Positions 1 through 12,566 of a stretch of 64,000 bases of DNA are shown one piece after another. Within the stretch, counting starts at the first letter, position 1. Each line of letters begins with the position of its first letter. The DNA is taken from the NCBI RefSeq assembly GCF_044324875.1, contig NZ_CP172185.1. One strand, written 5' to 3'. The notes beneath the pieces were generated by a model. That model did no database searches. It was not told where the DNA came from and saw only the letters and a list, made by a program, of their open reading frames with translations. The translations under genes and the position numbers were made by a program. Origin of the DNA: Escherichia coli. Its GTDB lineage: Bacteria; Pseudomonadota; Gammaproteobacteria; Enterobacterales; Enterobacteriaceae.

Positions 1-2
1 AA

Positions 3-740
3 ATGAAAATGACATTTATGAAAGGACTACCCCTTTTGTTGTTGGTTGCCAGTCTGTGCAGCCACGCTGCACTACAACCCGATCGCACTCGTATTGTGTT
101 TAACGCTAATGATAAAGCTACCAGTCTGCGCGTGGATAATCGTAGCGATAAACTCCCCTACCTCGCTTATTCCTGGCTCGAAAATGAAAAAGGGGAGAAA
201 AGCGACGATCTTCTGGTCGCCCTGCCACCGATACAACGTCTGGAACCGAAAGCAACAACGCAGGTACGGATAGTAAAGCAAGCCTCGACCACAAAATTAC
301 CGGGCGATCGCGAAACGCTATTTTTCTACAATATGCGTGAAATTCCTCCCTCCCCAGAAAAAAACAGCGGCCATGCCGTTCTGCAGGTCGCCATCCAGAG
401 TCGTATCAAGGTGTTCTGGAGACCGTCTGCGTTACGCAAGAAAGCAGGAGAAAAAGTCGAGCTACAGTTACAAGTCAGCCAGCAGGGCAATCAACTTAAC
501 TTAAAAAACCCGACCGGCTATTACCTGACAATCGCCTACCTGGGACGAAATGAGCAAGGTATTCTCCCGGGCTTCAAAACCGTGATGGTTGCGCCTTTTA
601 GTACGGTCAACACAAACACCGGAAGTTATAGCGGCAGGCAGTTTTATCTCGGTTATATGGATGATTACGGCGCGTTACGCATGACGACGCTCAACTGCAG
701 CGGACAATGCCGTTTACAAGCAGTGGAGGCGAAGAAATGA
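3..740 (+). CDS. ybgP: Periplasmic fimbrial chaperone (PapD-like); the usher gene upstream is cut off by the window edge
   Basis: 245-aa ORF with N-terminal signal peptide and chaperone-like sequence; start may be the ATG at 3 or 9; stop overlaps the next gene start. Confidence 0.75.
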   Translation: MKMTFMKGLPLLLLVASLCSHAALQPDRTRIVFNANDKATSLRVDNRSDKLPYLAYSWLENEKGEKSDDLLVALPPIQRLEPKATTQVRIVKQASTTKLPGDRETLFFYNMREIPPSPEKNSGHAVLQVAIQSRIKVFWRPSALRKKAGEKVELQLQVSQQGNQLNLKNPTGYYLTIAYLGRNEQGILPGFKTVMVAPFSTVNTNTGSYSGRQFYLGYMDDYGALRMTTLNCSGQCRLQAVEAKK

Positions 741-1798
741 GTACTGGCAAAGGATTGTTGCTCGTCATCTGTCTGGTATTTCTGCCATTGAAGTCTGCGC
801 TAGCGCTGAACTGCTATTTTGGTACTTCCGGCGGAACGGTAGAAAAATCGGAAGCAATTCAACCCTTTGCTGTGCCAGGTAATGCCAAACCCGGCGATAA
901 GATCTGGGAATCTGACGATATTAAAATTCCCGTCTATTGTGACAACAATACCAACGGCAACTTTGAAAGCGAACATGTCTACGCATGGGTAAACCCCTAC
1001 CCGGGGGTACAGGATCGTTATTATCAACTCGGCGTGACATACAATGGTGTCGATTACGATGCCAGTCTGGGGAAAAGCCGCATCGACACCAACCAGTGTA
1101 TCGACAGTAAGAACATTAACATTTATACCCCTGAGCAGATTATCGCGATGGGCTGGCAGAACAAAATATGCTCGGGTGACCCCGCTAATATTCACATGTC
1201 GCGAACCTTTCTCGCTCGTATGCGGTTATACGTTAAGATTCGCAAAATGCCGCCGCATGATTATCAAAGTACGCTTAGCGACTATATCGTCGTGCAATTT
1301 GACGGTGCCGGTAGCGTTAACGAAGACCCTACCGCCCAAAACCTGAAATATCATATTACTGGTCTGGAAAACATTCGCGTGCTGGATTGCAGCGTCAATT
1401 TTTCCATTTCACCGGAAACACAGGTGATTGATTTTGGTAAATTTAATTTGCTGGATATTCGTCGCCACACAATGTCGAAAACATTCAGTATTAAGACGAC
1501 AAAATCACAAAATGACCAATGCACCGACGGATTTAAAGTCAGTTCCTCCTTTTATACCGAAGAAACGTTGGTTGAAGAAGATAAAGCACTGCTGATTGGT
1601 AATGGTCTGAAGCTACGTTTGCTGGATGAAAACGCCTCGCCTTATACCTTCAATAAATATGCTGAATACGCCGATTTCACCAGCGATATGCTGATCTACG
1701 AAAAAACCTATACGGCTGAACTTTCGTCCATTCCAGGTACCCCCATCGAGGCTGGCCCCTTCGATACAGTGGTGCTTTTTAAGATTAACTATAACTGA
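737..1798 (+). CDS. ybgO: Fimbrial adhesin-like protein
   Basis: ORF 707..1798; likely start is the ATG at 737 (MSTGKGLLL..., signal peptide), overlapping the ybgP stop as ATGA; sits downstream of the chaperone. Confidence 0.7.
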   Translation: MSTGKGLLLVICLVFLPLKSALALNCYFGTSGGTVEKSEAIQPFAVPGNAKPGDKIWESDDIKIPVYCDNNTNGNFESEHVYAWVNPYPGVQDRYYQLGVTYNGVDYDASLGKSRIDTNQCIDSKNINIYTPEQIIAMGWQNKICSGDPANIHMSRTFLARMRLYVKIRKMPPHDYQSTLSDYIVVQFDGAGSVNEDPTAQNLKYHITGLENIRVLDCSVNFSISPETQVIDFGKFNLLDIRRHTMSKTFSIKTTKSQNDQCTDGFKVSSSFYTEETLVEEDKALLIGNGLKLRLLDENASPYTFNKYAEYADFTSDMLIYEKTYTAELSSIPGTPIEAGPFDTVVLFKINYN

Positions 1799-1949
1799 TT
1801 TGCCATGATGCCCTTTGCAGCCGGAAAGGGCATCTCTTTCAGAAAATTGCTGATTTTCCCCTTTTCCTTGATTGCTGTTATTTTTTCCTGGCCCGGCTTT
1901 CTTTATGCTGTATCGATACACCAAAGAAAAAATAATGAGGGAACGAAGG

Positions 1950-2996
1950 ATGCCAGTTTTGCAGTGGGGAATGTTATGTGTGCTCTCACTTCTCCTTTCT
2001 ATTGGTTTCCTCGCGGTTCATCTCCCGGCGGCGCTATTACTTGGGCCGATGATCGCCGGGATCATCTTTAGTATGCGCGGAATTACTCTGCAACTTCCCC
2101 GCTCTGCTTTTCTCGCCGCCCAGGCCATTCTTGGCTGCATGATTGCGCAAAACCTCACTGGTTCGATTCTCACCACGCTGGCCGTCAACTGGCCGATCGT
2201 GCTTACAATTTTACTGGTGACGCTGCTTTCCAGCGCCATTGTTGGGTGGCTACTGGTGCGCTATAGCTCATTACCTGGAAATACCGGTGCCTGGGGTTCT
2301 TCTCCTGGCGGCGCGGCGGCAATGGTCGCTATGGCGCAAGATTACGGCGCAGATATTCGCCTGGTGGCGTTTATGCAATATCTGCGAGTGCTGTTCGTCG
2401 CGGGGGCCGCTGTTCTGGTCACCCGCATGATGCTGGGTGATAACGCTGAAGCGGTTAACCAGCAAATCGTCTGGTTCCCTTCAGTGAGCATTAATCTCCT
2501 GCTTACGATTTTGCTCGCAGTCGTTGCCGGTACAGTGGGATGCTTGCTACGTCTTCCTTCCGGCACGATGCTCATCCCGATGCTGGCGGGCGCAGTGCTC
2601 CAGTCTGGTCAGCTCATCACCATCGAACTACCGGAATGGCTGCTTGCGATGGCGTATATGGCAATTGGTTGGCGGATTGGTCTTGGTTTCGATAAACAAA
2701 TATTACTGCGGGCATTGCGCCCGCTGCCACAAATCCTGCTGTCGATTTTTGCTCTGCTGGCTATTTGTGCGGGTATGGCGTGGGGACTGACCCGATTTAT
2801 GCACATTGATTTTATGACTGCCTACCTCGCCACCAGCCCCGGCGGGCTTGATACCGTGGCGGTCATCGCCGCAGGGAGCAATGCCGATATGGCGCTTATT
2901 ATGGCGATGCAAACCCTGCGCCTGTTCAGTATTTTGCTGACGGGGCCAGCCATTGCGCGGTTTATTTCAACCTATGCGCCGAAACGGTCGGCCTAG
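1950..2996 (+). CDS. abrB: AbrB-family putative membrane transporter/regulator
   Basis: ORF 1872..2996; very hydrophobic multi-pass membrane protein; internal start MPVLQWGML gives about 348 aa. Confidence 0.75.
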   Translation: MPVLQWGMLCVLSLLLSIGFLAVHLPAALLLGPMIAGIIFSMRGITLQLPRSAFLAAQAILGCMIAQNLTGSILTTLAVNWPIVLTILLVTLLSSAIVGWLLVRYSSLPGNTGAWGSSPGGAAAMVAMAQDYGADIRLVAFMQYLRVLFVAGAAVLVTRMMLGDNAEAVNQQIVWFPSVSINLLLTILLAVVAGTVGCLLRLPSGTMLIPMLAGAVLQSGQLITIELPEWLLAMAYMAIGWRIGLGFDKQILLRALRPLPQILLSIFALLAICAGMAWGLTRFMHIDFMTAYLATSPGGLDTVAVIAAGSNADMALIMAMQTLRLFSILLTGPAIARFISTYAPKRSA

Positions 2997-3784
2997 TGCT
3001 GGCAGCCCGGACACCAGTAAAACGGGCGCGAGGACAGCGTGGTTTTCTCAATGATGCTGCCACAGCGTTCACACGGTTCGCCATCACGATGAAAAACCTT
3101 AAAGCGAAACAACGCCCCATGATGTTTATTCTCATCCACCTGCCCCCGCGTAGCGTAAGAAAGTCGAGGAATATCCAGTAACGCGTCTGCGAGTGCATCC
3201 AGTTGCGCCGCACTGAGATCTTTCGCTTTATGATTGCCGGTTAACCCCACCTGCCAGAGGATCTCCACCCGCAAATAATTACCAAGTCCTGCCAGAAACG
3301 CCTGATCGAGCAGTAATCCAGCAAACTGACGGTTACGAAAGCGCGGCGACAATAATCGTTCCTTTACCACCTCTGGCGTCAGATTCGGATCCAGCACATC
3401 TGGACCAACGCGTTGTAAAAACGGATGCGTGGTCAGTTGTTCCGGGGTCAACATCTCAATATCCGAGGCGCTATAAAGCAGAATGGTTTTGTCAGCCGTT
3501 TGCAGTTTTACCCGCAATACTCGCGTGGTCTGCGGCTCTTCGCCGGTTTCAACCACGCGCCAGACGCCGTAAAGCTGATTATGGCTGTAGAGCGTTAAGT
3601 CGTTGGAAAAATGAGTTAACAACGCCTTACCACGCGTTTCCACATGGGTAACGTGTTGACCGATAAGTCGTGATTGATAAGATTTTAACTGCGGGAAGGC
3701 AAACCAGACATCAGTTAGTGGTTTGCCTTTGATCGCCGCCTCCAGGTTATCCGCTGCACGGCGGATCTCCGGGCCTTCAGGCAT
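2993..3784 (-). CDS. nei: Endonuclease VIII (Fpg/Nei DNA glycosylase)
   Basis: 263-aa ORF starting MPEGPEIRR (catalytic N-terminal Pro) with a C-terminal CxxC...CxxC zinc finger. Confidence 0.9.
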   Translation of the reverse strand: MPEGPEIRRAADNLEAAIKGKPLTDVWFAFPQLKSYQSRLIGQHVTHVETRGKALLTHFSNDLTLYSHNQLYGVWRVVETGEEPQTTRVLRVKLQTADKTILLYSASDIEMLTPEQLTTHPFLQRVGPDVLDPNLTPEVVKERLLSPRFRNRQFAGLLLDQAFLAGLGNYLRVEILWQVGLTGNHKAKDLSAAQLDALADALLDIPRLSYATRGQVDENKHHGALFRFKVFHRDGEPCERCGSIIEKTTLSSRPFYWCPGCQH

Positions 3785-3819
3785 GGTGATATCCTTTTTT
3801 CATTCTTTATTAAGCGGGG

Positions 3820-4554
3820 TTATGCTGCGACAACAATCCCCTTTTCGGCAAATGTAGAGCGTAGTCGGCGGGCGAACGCCAGTGCGTGCTCGCCATCGCC
3901 ATGCAGGCAGACCGTTTGCGCCGTGACCGTTGCCCATTCGCCGGTGATGCTTTTGACTCTGCCGTGTTGCACCATCTCCAACGTTTGCGCCAGCGCCTGT
4001 TCTTCGTTTTCAATCAACGCGCCTGGCTGGCTTCGCGGCACCAGCGAACCGTCTGCCTGATAACCGCGATCGGCAAACACTTCCTCGCGCGTTGTCAGGC
4101 CATATTGCTTGCCTGCACGAATCAGCTCGCTTCCTGCCAGCCCGACGAGAATCAATACCGGATCGCAAGCGTATACCGCTCTGGCGATGGCGTCTGCCAG
4201 TTGTGCCTCTTTCGCCGCCTGGTTGTATAACATGCCGTGCGGTTTGACATGACACATTACGCCGCCTTGCGCACGGGTAATCGCTGCCAGCGCGCCAATT
4301 TGATACAGCGTCTGGGCGTAAACGGTTTCTGGCGGCAGCTGCATGGCGCTGCGACCAAAATTTTCCCTGTCGGGAAAACTCGGGTGAGCGCCAATCGCGA
4401 CACCATTTTTTATTGCTTCACGCACGCAAGCCTGCATGGTTTGCGCATTGCCTGCATGAAATCCACAGGCAATATTGGCAGAGGAAACCAGCGTTAATAG
4501 CTCTGCGTCGCTGGCGCAGCCTTCGCCCAGATCGGCGTTCAGATCAATTTTCAT
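3820..4554 (-). CDS. pxpA: 5-oxoprolinase subunit A (LamB/YcsF family)
   Basis: 244-aa ORF, LamB/YcsF-like; first in an overlapping three-gene set with the two genes upstream. Confidence 0.85.
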   Translation of the reverse strand: MKIDLNADLGEGCASDAELLTLVSSANIACGFHAGNAQTMQACVREAIKNGVAIGAHPSFPDRENFGRSAMQLPPETVYAQTLYQIGALAAITRAQGGVMCHVKPHGMLYNQAAKEAQLADAIARAVYACDPVLILVGLAGSELIRAGKQYGLTTREEVFADRGYQADGSLVPRSQPGALIENEEQALAQTLEMVQHGRVKSITGEWATVTAQTVCLHGDGEHALAFARRLRSTFAEKGIVVAA

Positions 4555-5476
4555 TGTGCAGCCGCCACGCTAATTGTTCGAAATAACGTTGCTGATCTTG
4601 CCGTGCTTTCAGTGCCTCTTCCAGTGAACACTGGACAAAATGAATCGGCTGACCGAGCGGAATTTGCGCCAGATGGTACATATCAGCCTCAATGATACAG
4701 GCAATACGCGGATAACCACCCGTGGTCTGTGCGTCGTTCATTAACACAATGGGCTGCCCGTTATGCGGCACCTGCACCACACCCGGTAACAAACCGTGAG
4801 ATAACAGTTCGCGATCGGTGGTGCGTTTTAAAATTTGCCCCTGTAAGCGATAGCCCATTCGGTTACTTTGCGAGCTAAGCTGCCAGGGCGAACGCCAGAA
4901 TGCATCCTGCGAGGCGCGATCGAACTCATGATATTCCGGCCCCGGCAAGGCGCGAATGCGGTTGCCCCACAGCAACTGTTTAACGCCCTGCGCTTCCATA
5001 AAATCACGCTTCGATTTGCCCATCGGAAGTCGGTCACCATCCTTCAGTAAACGGCCTTCCAGCCCGCCAATCCCCACTTTGAGATCGGTGCTGCATGACC
5101 CCATTACCGGCGGAACATCAATACCACCCGCGACCGCCAGATAACTGCGCATCCCGTGCTGCGGGCGTTTAAGCGTTAAACGCTGGCCTGCTTTCATCGG
5201 CAATCGCCAGCCAGTCCAGACGGCATTATCATCCAGCCGCGCTTCGCAACCTGCCCCCGTCAGGGCAAACCACCCATCAGTTTCGAACTCTACCGTTAAC
5301 TGACCGAGCGTGATCTCCAGCGCGGGGGCATTGGCGTCATTACCCACCAGCAGGTTAGCAATGCGTAACGCAGGCATATCCAGTGCGCCGCAGTGGCTGA
5401 TACCCGACTGGCGAAAACCGTGACGACCGCCATCCTGCACAGTGGTATACATGCCCGCACGAATAATCTTCAGCAT
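4544..5476 (-). CDS. pxpC: 5-oxoprolinase subunit C (allophanate hydrolase subunit 2-like)
   Basis: 310-aa ORF overlapping its neighbours on both sides; conserved operon context. Confidence 0.85.
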
Positions 5477-6126
5477 ACTCCCTCCTTCTGCGGTACAAAG
5501 CGCACGCTGTCTCCCGGACGTAATAAGATGGGTTCGTCACGCGCCGGATCAAACAGGCTGAGTGAGGTATGACCAATCAACTGCCAGCCCCCCGGCGTTG
5601 CCAGCGGATAAACACCAGTCTGCGGCCCGCCGATCCCGACAGAACCTGCCGGAACGAGCAAGCGCGGTTCAGCGCGACGTGGCGTGTGTAGTTGTTCCGG
5701 CAAACTCCCGAGATACGGGAAGCCCGGTTGAAAACCTAAAAACCAGACCACGTATTCCACGGAGGAGTGCAATTCAACAACCTGTTTTTCGCTCAACCCA
5801 CAATGCGCCGCGACCACCGCCAAATCCGGTCCGCCTGCGCCACCGTAAACCACCGGAATTTCAATAAAACGAGACTCCGGCTCCAGCGCCTCACTCTCCT
5901 CCCACCAGCGTTGCAAACGCTCTATGGCATCCAGTGCCAGCGACTCAGGATTACGTAAAATCACCGTGATATTGTTCATGCCGGGAATGGCTTCAACCAC
6001 ATTCGGCATATCCACCAGACGCTGCGCCAGTCGCCAGATCCGTTTCTGGCTAGCCAGCGTCACCGGCGGTTCCAGCTCCAGCACTACCGCCGTTTCACCT
6101 ATCAGATAACAACGCGCTCGTTGCAC
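5470..6126 (-). CDS. pxpB: 5-oxoprolinase subunit B (allophanate hydrolase subunit 1-like)
   Basis: 218-aa ORF overlapping pxpC; conserved operon context. Confidence 0.85.
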
Positions 6127-6148
6127 TTTCGATCCCTCTGATTATTCG

Positions 6149-6892
6149 TTATGCAGGATTAGGAATATCAATAAAGGTCACATCAAGATCGGTATTTTCA
6201 TTCAGCCACTCGCTCAATGCGCGAATACCACCGCGTTCAGTGGCATGGTGACCCGCAGCATAAAAATGCAATCCCTGCTCGCGGGCTGAATGAATGGTCT
6301 GTTCTGAAACTTCGCCAGTAATAAAAGCATCCACGCCAAAACGCGCGGCGCTATCGATAAAACTTTGCCCGCCGCCCGTGCACCAGGCAACGCGCTGGAC
6401 CACCTCAGGTCCGGTATCGCCACACCATAACGGCTTACGTCCCAGACGCGCTTCAATCCAGGAGGCTAGTTCCAGTCCCGGCACAGGCATGGTCAGTTCG
6501 CCCCACGGCACCAACGGCTCAATTTCGCCCATGACCGTGATCCCCAGTAACGCCGCCAGCTGTGCGTTATTGCCCAGCTCAGGATGTGCGTCAAGCGGCA
6601 AATGCCAGCCATACAGGTTGATATCATTTGCCAGCAACGTTTTTAAACGGTTACGCTTCATTCCGCGAATGACCGGAGATTCGCCTTTCCAGAAGTAGCC
6701 ATGATGCACAATGACCGCATCCGCGCCCAGACGCACTGCCTCATCGAGCAAAGCCTGGCTGGCAGTGACACCGGTAACAATTTTTTGCACCGTCTCTTTG
6801 CCTTCCACCTGCAAACCATTCGGCGCGTAATCACTAATCGCCGCGCTGTTCAGTTTTTCGTTAATCAGTTGTTCCAGTTCGGTGTTTTTCAT
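6149..6892 (-). CDS. ybgI: Nif3-family metal-binding protein (GTP cyclohydrolase 1 type 2 homolog)
   Basis: 247-aa ORF; NIF3/YbgI family; first gene of the ybgI-pxpBCA cluster. Confidence 0.85.
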   Translation of the reverse strand: MKNTELEQLINEKLNSAAISDYAPNGLQVEGKETVQKIVTGVTASQALLDEAVRLGADAVIVHHGYFWKGESPVIRGMKRNRLKTLLANDINLYGWHLPLDAHPELGNNAQLAALLGITVMGEIEPLVPWGELTMPVPGLELASWIEARLGRKPLWCGDTGPEVVQRVAWCTGGGQSFIDSAARFGVDAFITGEVSEQTIHSAREQGLHFYAAGHHATERGGIRALSEWLNENTDLDVTFIDIPNPA

Positions 6893-6979
6893 CTTCGCGC
6901 CTTCCGTATTCTGATAGCTACACCGTTAACATAGCGTTACCTCGCCTGTTCGTCGATAGCCAATCTTTTGACATATTAA

Positions 6980-8644
<1,665 letters not shown>

Positions 8645-8658
8645 CAGGCCAGCACCAT

Positions 8659-8691
8659 GCCTGATAAAACGCTCGCTGCGTTTTATCAGGC
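8659..8691. terminator. Bidirectional hairpin between convergent dtpD and phr
   Basis: Palindrome gcctgataaaacgc...gcgttttatcaggc overlapping the phr stop. Confidence 0.5.
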
Positions 8692-10104
8692 TCCTTTCCT
8701 CGCTTCTTCGTACGCTGCCAGCGTTCGCAGCCTTGCCTCTTTATGATCAACTATCGGTTGCGGATAATCCAGCGTCACACCTGATTTATCTGCCCACTTC
8801 CACGGCTCATGCACCACTTTCCCTGGCACATCGCGCAGTTCCGGTAGCCACTGGCGGATAAACTCGCCTTCGCGGTCAAATTTCTCGCCCTGGGTTGTCG
8901 GGTTAAAAATACGAAAATACGGCGCTGCATCGGTTCCGGTTGAAGCGGCCCACTGCCAGCCACCGTTATTAGCTGCCAAATCACCATCAATCAGCTGCGA
9001 CATGAAATATCGCTCGCCTTCGCGCCAGTCGATCAACAAATCTTTCACCAGAAAACTGGCTGTAATCATCCGTAGCCTGTTATGCATCCAGCCAGTGCTG
9101 TTAAGCTGACGCATGGCAGCATCGACAATCGGGTATCCCGTTTTGCCTTCCTGCCAGGCCTGTAAATGTGCGGGATTGCTCTGCCACTGCACACGATCCG
9201 TCCAGGCAATAAACGGACAATGTTTACACAACGAGGGGTAATACGTCATCAGATGACGGTAGAACTCGCGCCAGATCAGCTCACTAAGCCAGACACTACC
9301 GGCCCCACCGTCCAGCGCCTGCGGCTGTTCCGCCAACAAGCGATGCAAACACTGGCGAGGCGATAACCCGCCCGTTGCCAGGCTGGCGGACAAACGACTG
9401 GTGCCTTCCACTGCCGGAAAATCTCGTTGTTGCTCATATTCTCCGGCACCGTTCTGGCAAAACTGGCGTAATTGCGCAATCGCAGCTTTTTCTTCCACCG
9501 GGAAATGCGCAGTATCGAAAGGCTGACGAGGATAATTCAGCGTAATGGATGGCGCGGGAGCTATCGATCCGCTACTACGTACTTTTGGCGCAGCGACGCA
9601 CTCCGGCATCCCTTCTCGCAGCCGTTTCAGCCAGGCGTTTTTAAATGGCGTAAAAACTTTGTACATCTCATGATTGCCAGTCATCACCGCCCCCGGCGGC
9701 AGGATCACGCTGTCATCAAATCCTTCACACACCACGTTACGCAGCGTTCTCTCAACCTGCACATCCCGCGCCCGCTCATTCACCTCATACTGATAGTTAT
9801 AAAAAAGATGAGTAACGCGGTTTTCCGCGCACACCTGATTAACTGTTTCGACACTGGCGGCAAAGTCATCCACTTCACGGAACAATAAAGGAATACCTTT
9901 TTCTGCCAGTGCTGTTTGTAGCCCGTTCAGTTGCGCATTGATAAATTCAGCCTGACGCGGCGACATATTATGCGCTGCCCACTGGCGCGGTGTGGCTATA
10001 TACAGCGCCAGCACGCGTGCAGACGAATTGCGGCAGGCGGCAGCCAGTGCGAGATTATCGTGCAGACGTAAATCCTGGCGAAACCAGACCAGATGGGTAG
10101 TCAT
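8686..10104 (-). CDS. phr: Deoxyribodipyrimidine photolyase
   Basis: ORF 8686..10143; internal start MTTHLVWFRQDLRL gives 472 aa; FAD-binding photolyase C-terminal domain. Confidence 0.9.
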   Translation of the reverse strand: MTTHLVWFRQDLRLHDNLALAAACRNSSARVLALYIATPRQWAAHNMSPRQAEFINAQLNGLQTALAEKGIPLLFREVDDFAASVETVNQVCAENRVTHLFYNYQYEVNERARDVQVERTLRNVVCEGFDDSVILPPGAVMTGNHEMYKVFTPFKNAWLKRLREGMPECVAAPKVRSSGSIAPAPSITLNYPRQPFDTAHFPVEEKAAIAQLRQFCQNGAGEYEQQRDFPAVEGTSRLSASLATGGLSPRQCLHRLLAEQPQALDGGAGSVWLSELIWREFYRHLMTYYPSLCKHCPFIAWTDRVQWQSNPAHLQAWQEGKTGYPIVDAAMRQLNSTGWMHNRLRMITASFLVKDLLIDWREGERYFMSQLIDGDLAANNGGWQWAASTGTDAAPYFRIFNPTTQGEKFDREGEFIRQWLPELRDVPGKVVHEPWKWADKSGVTLDYPQPIVDHKEARLRTLAAYEEARKGA

Positions 10105-10610
10105 AAAACTCCTGCATGGCGCAAGTGAATAATACGCGGCCAAAGTTCGAAATAACGCTGCCCTGAAAGCCAGGCGTCAGGATAAAGCGCCATATAGTGT
10201 TTGATACGCATCAGCGGCGCAAGAAGCGGTTGCTCGCCACGGCGATAACTGTCGATAAGCGCCGCCAGCTGCTGGCGTTCTGTGGAATCAATATGTGGGC
10301 GAAAATATCCCTGAACGTGCATCAAAACGTTAGTATGATCACGCCGGTTGGCAGGGTGAGAAAGCAAAACAATTACGCGTTGGCGGTACTGGTTGTAATA
10401 GTCATCCAGATTTTGCCACCGGTGAATATCTGCCACGAACGGGCCAAGTTTGCGGTACTCGGGCTGGGAATGGGCCAGAAAGACGAGTTTATAGCGGCTG
10501 TGATAATCGTTGAGTGCCCCGCGCGTTAAGCCATGTTCTTTCAGTCGATGTAACTCGTGGAGAGCGAAGATACGGATTAGGGTGCTTTCATCAAATCGTT
10601 GCTGATTCAT
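10101..10610 (-). CDS. ybgA: DUF1722 protein, upstream partner of phr
   Basis: 169-aa ORF; its stop overlaps the phr start. Confidence 0.8.
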   Translation of the reverse strand: MNQQRFDESTLIRIFALHELHRLKEHGLTRGALNDYHSRYKLVFLAHSQPEYRKLGPFVADIHRWQNLDDYYNQYRQRVIVLLSHPANRRDHTNVLMHVQGYFRPHIDSTERQQLAALIDSYRRGEQPLLAPLMRIKHYMALYPDAWLSGQRYFELWPRIIHLRHAGVL

Positions 10611-10694
10611 TACTGCTCCTGAACGGTTTACAGGAGTAAGTGTAGACGGCAGTATTGAAAAAACGAAACGAATAAATGAGATCGGTAAAGAAAT

Positions 10695-11102
10695 TCAATA
10701 ACTCATAATAAATTTCATGGTGGCGATAAATAGTTTCTTTTCTTCATCACTCATGGTAGAAGCGTTTAACATGTTGCCATAAAATTTACTGATGATATTT
10801 TTTAATTGCAGCAAATGCAAAGGAGAAAAATAGTCACTCCCGATGAGATTACTCAATACCAGCAATAATTCTCCATTATATAAATAACCTACCATAAGAT
10901 TAATCTCTATCATCTCAATTGCTTTTTGTACAGCAAGCGCTGGTAAGATATTCTGACGAAGCATTTTGGCAATATCATTTTCATCCAGTTCATCCGGTGT
11001 TTTATCCAATAAAGAGTTATACCAGTTTATTAAACCACTTTTGAAAGCGAATGAATCATATTGCAGGTGATAAATCTGTTTTAGGGTTTCTTTATTTTTC
11101 AT
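10695..11102 (-). CDS. Hypothetical protein (135 aa) in an AT-rich islet
   Basis: ORF in a very AT-rich stretch; 12 bp downstream of the 94-aa ORF on the same strand; no family recognised. Confidence 0.45.
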   Translation of the reverse strand: MKNKETLKQIYHLQYDSFAFKSGLINWYNSLLDKTPDELDENDIAKMLRQNILPALAVQKAIEMIEINLMVGYLYNGELLLVLSNLIGSDYFSPLHLLQLKNIISKFYGNMLNASTMSDEEKKLFIATMKFIMSY

Positions 11103-11114
11103 TTTATAATGTCT

Positions 11115-11399
11115 TTATTTGCTATGATTTTTCTGATTTAATTCTATATCATTTAAAGCATTTTCAAGCCAATCATCCATGTTCTTAATTTTAGCCCGCT
11201 CATACAAATCATGCACAACATCTTCATAACGCCGTCCATCATTGACCATACAATTAGCTGTATGAGGCAGAACATGTATAAAATCAGACAATATAAAACA
11301 AGCCTTTGCATTTCCAGAGTTAGCTGCAGTTCTGATATCAATCAAGCCTCTGGCAATTAATTTAAGAATAACACTAACATCTTGCATTTTAATTTCCAT
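11115..11399 (-). CDS. Hypothetical protein (94 aa) in an AT-rich islet
   Basis: ORF in the AT-rich islet, co-oriented with its neighbours; no family recognised. Confidence 0.4.
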   Translation of the reverse strand: MEIKMQDVSVILKLIARGLIDIRTAANSGNAKACFILSDFIHVLPHTANCMVNDGRRYEDVVHDLYERAKIKNMDDWLENALNDIELNQKNHSK

Positions 11400-11481
11400 A
11401 TCATCCAGTTAAATTTTAGTCGTAAATCGTCTATCTAAAAAAGATGAAATTAACATTTATAAATTTATTACAATATAAAAA

Positions 11482-11835
11482 TCAAAAATATACATCATCA
11501 GCTTCTACTGAAAACTCCATGGCTCCTAAGGCACCTAAATCAATACTAAATATGGTATCACTTTCCTTAGCACTCCCAACATAGATAAAATAGCCTAAAT
11601 CCCCATCCTGACCTATCAAAAAATAGTCAGGCTCCACTCGTTGAATATCATATGTTTCATTTCTTTCAATAAGATCAGAATAGTTATACAGATATAATAT
11701 TTCATGCTTCTTATTAGTTATTTCATAGGCCTCACTATCTTTAATTTCTTCTATTAAGAAACGTTTATACACTGGAGGAAATTTGATTGACATGTCAAAT
11801 TCAATTTTATTTATATATTCTATGATTTTATTCAT
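11482..11835 (-). CDS. SUKH/SMI1-KNR4-like protein (putative orphan immunity protein, 117 aa)
   Basis: Motifs FPPVYKRFL and DYFLIGQDGDLGYFIYVGS resemble the SMI1/KNR4 (SUKH) immunity family; AT-rich; no toxin gene upstream. Confidence 0.5.
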   Translation of the reverse strand: MNKIIEYINKIEFDMSIKFPPVYKRFLIEEIKDSEAYEITNKKHEILYLYNYSDLIERNETYDIQRVEPDYFLIGQDGDLGYFIYVGSAKESDTIFSIDLGALGAMEFSVEADDVYF

Positions 11836-12069
11836 GTTAAGAATACCTGAGCGGTTAATTATCGGTTATTGTGATGAATATATATTCGCTTTTAATTTTC
11901 AATAACTCATCACGGAAATACATATTGCTTTGTAGGCAAGCGCTAATAATACTTTATGAACCTGACTTCCGCCAGATATTCAACCTAAATATTCATGACG
12001 CAGTAATGTTTTAGAAAGCCACTAACTGCCCAGATAGTGCATCATCTACTACATTGGCGATTATACTCT

Positions 12070-12258
12070 AAATAATTCAAGTTGCAGGAAGGCGACAAGC
12101 GAGTGACAAATTCGTCAGGAACGAATTTGCCCAGTCGCAGGCTGACCTTCGGTGAGAGACATGGATGTCTCTCATTAATCCCCAGGAGCTTACATAAGTA
12201 AGTGACTGGGGTGAACGAACGCAGTCGCAGCACATGCAACTTGAAGTATGACGAGTAT
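12070..12258. repeat. ERIC (enterobacterial repetitive intergenic consensus) element
   Basis: Contains the ERIC core cccaggagcttacataagtaagtgactggggtga and the flanking gcatgcaacttgaagtatgacgagtat. Confidence 0.55.
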
Positions 12259-12302
12259 ATAAAAAACCCCTGATTCCAGTTCCTTGTGCTGCGATCCTAA
12301 CC

Positions 12303-12337
12303 AAAAAAAAACCGCCAGCGTTTCCGCTGGCGGTTTT
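12303..12337 (-). terminator. Rho-independent terminator downstream of ybfA
   Basis: Stem ccgccagcg/cgctggcgg with a 4-nt loop; 9-nt T-run on the minus strand. Confidence 0.7.
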
Positions 12338-12359
12338 CAATGTATTCAGAACTCAGCAA

Positions 12360-12566
12360 TCAGTAAAAATCACCGGTTGCCTTTTCGGCCTGATCCATCC
12401 AAACCGGTTTATCGCTGGTTTTCGACCAGACGCGATGCAGATAGCTGTAAAAGCGGGCGCGGTCTTTCCAGAAAAGCATGAAAGGCAGCGCCAGAACGCC
12501 CACTGCAACCGCATAAGTACGGCGTAAAAAGATAAGCCATGCAGGATATTCTCTGTAGAGTTCCAT
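12360..12566 (-). CDS. ybfA: Small DUF2517 membrane protein
   Basis: 68-aa [17 protein letters not shown]..., divergent from kdpF. Confidence 0.75.
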   Translation of the reverse strand: MELYREYPAWLIFLRRTYAVAVGVLALPFMLFWKDRARFYSYLHRVWSKTSDKPVWMDQAEKATGDFY

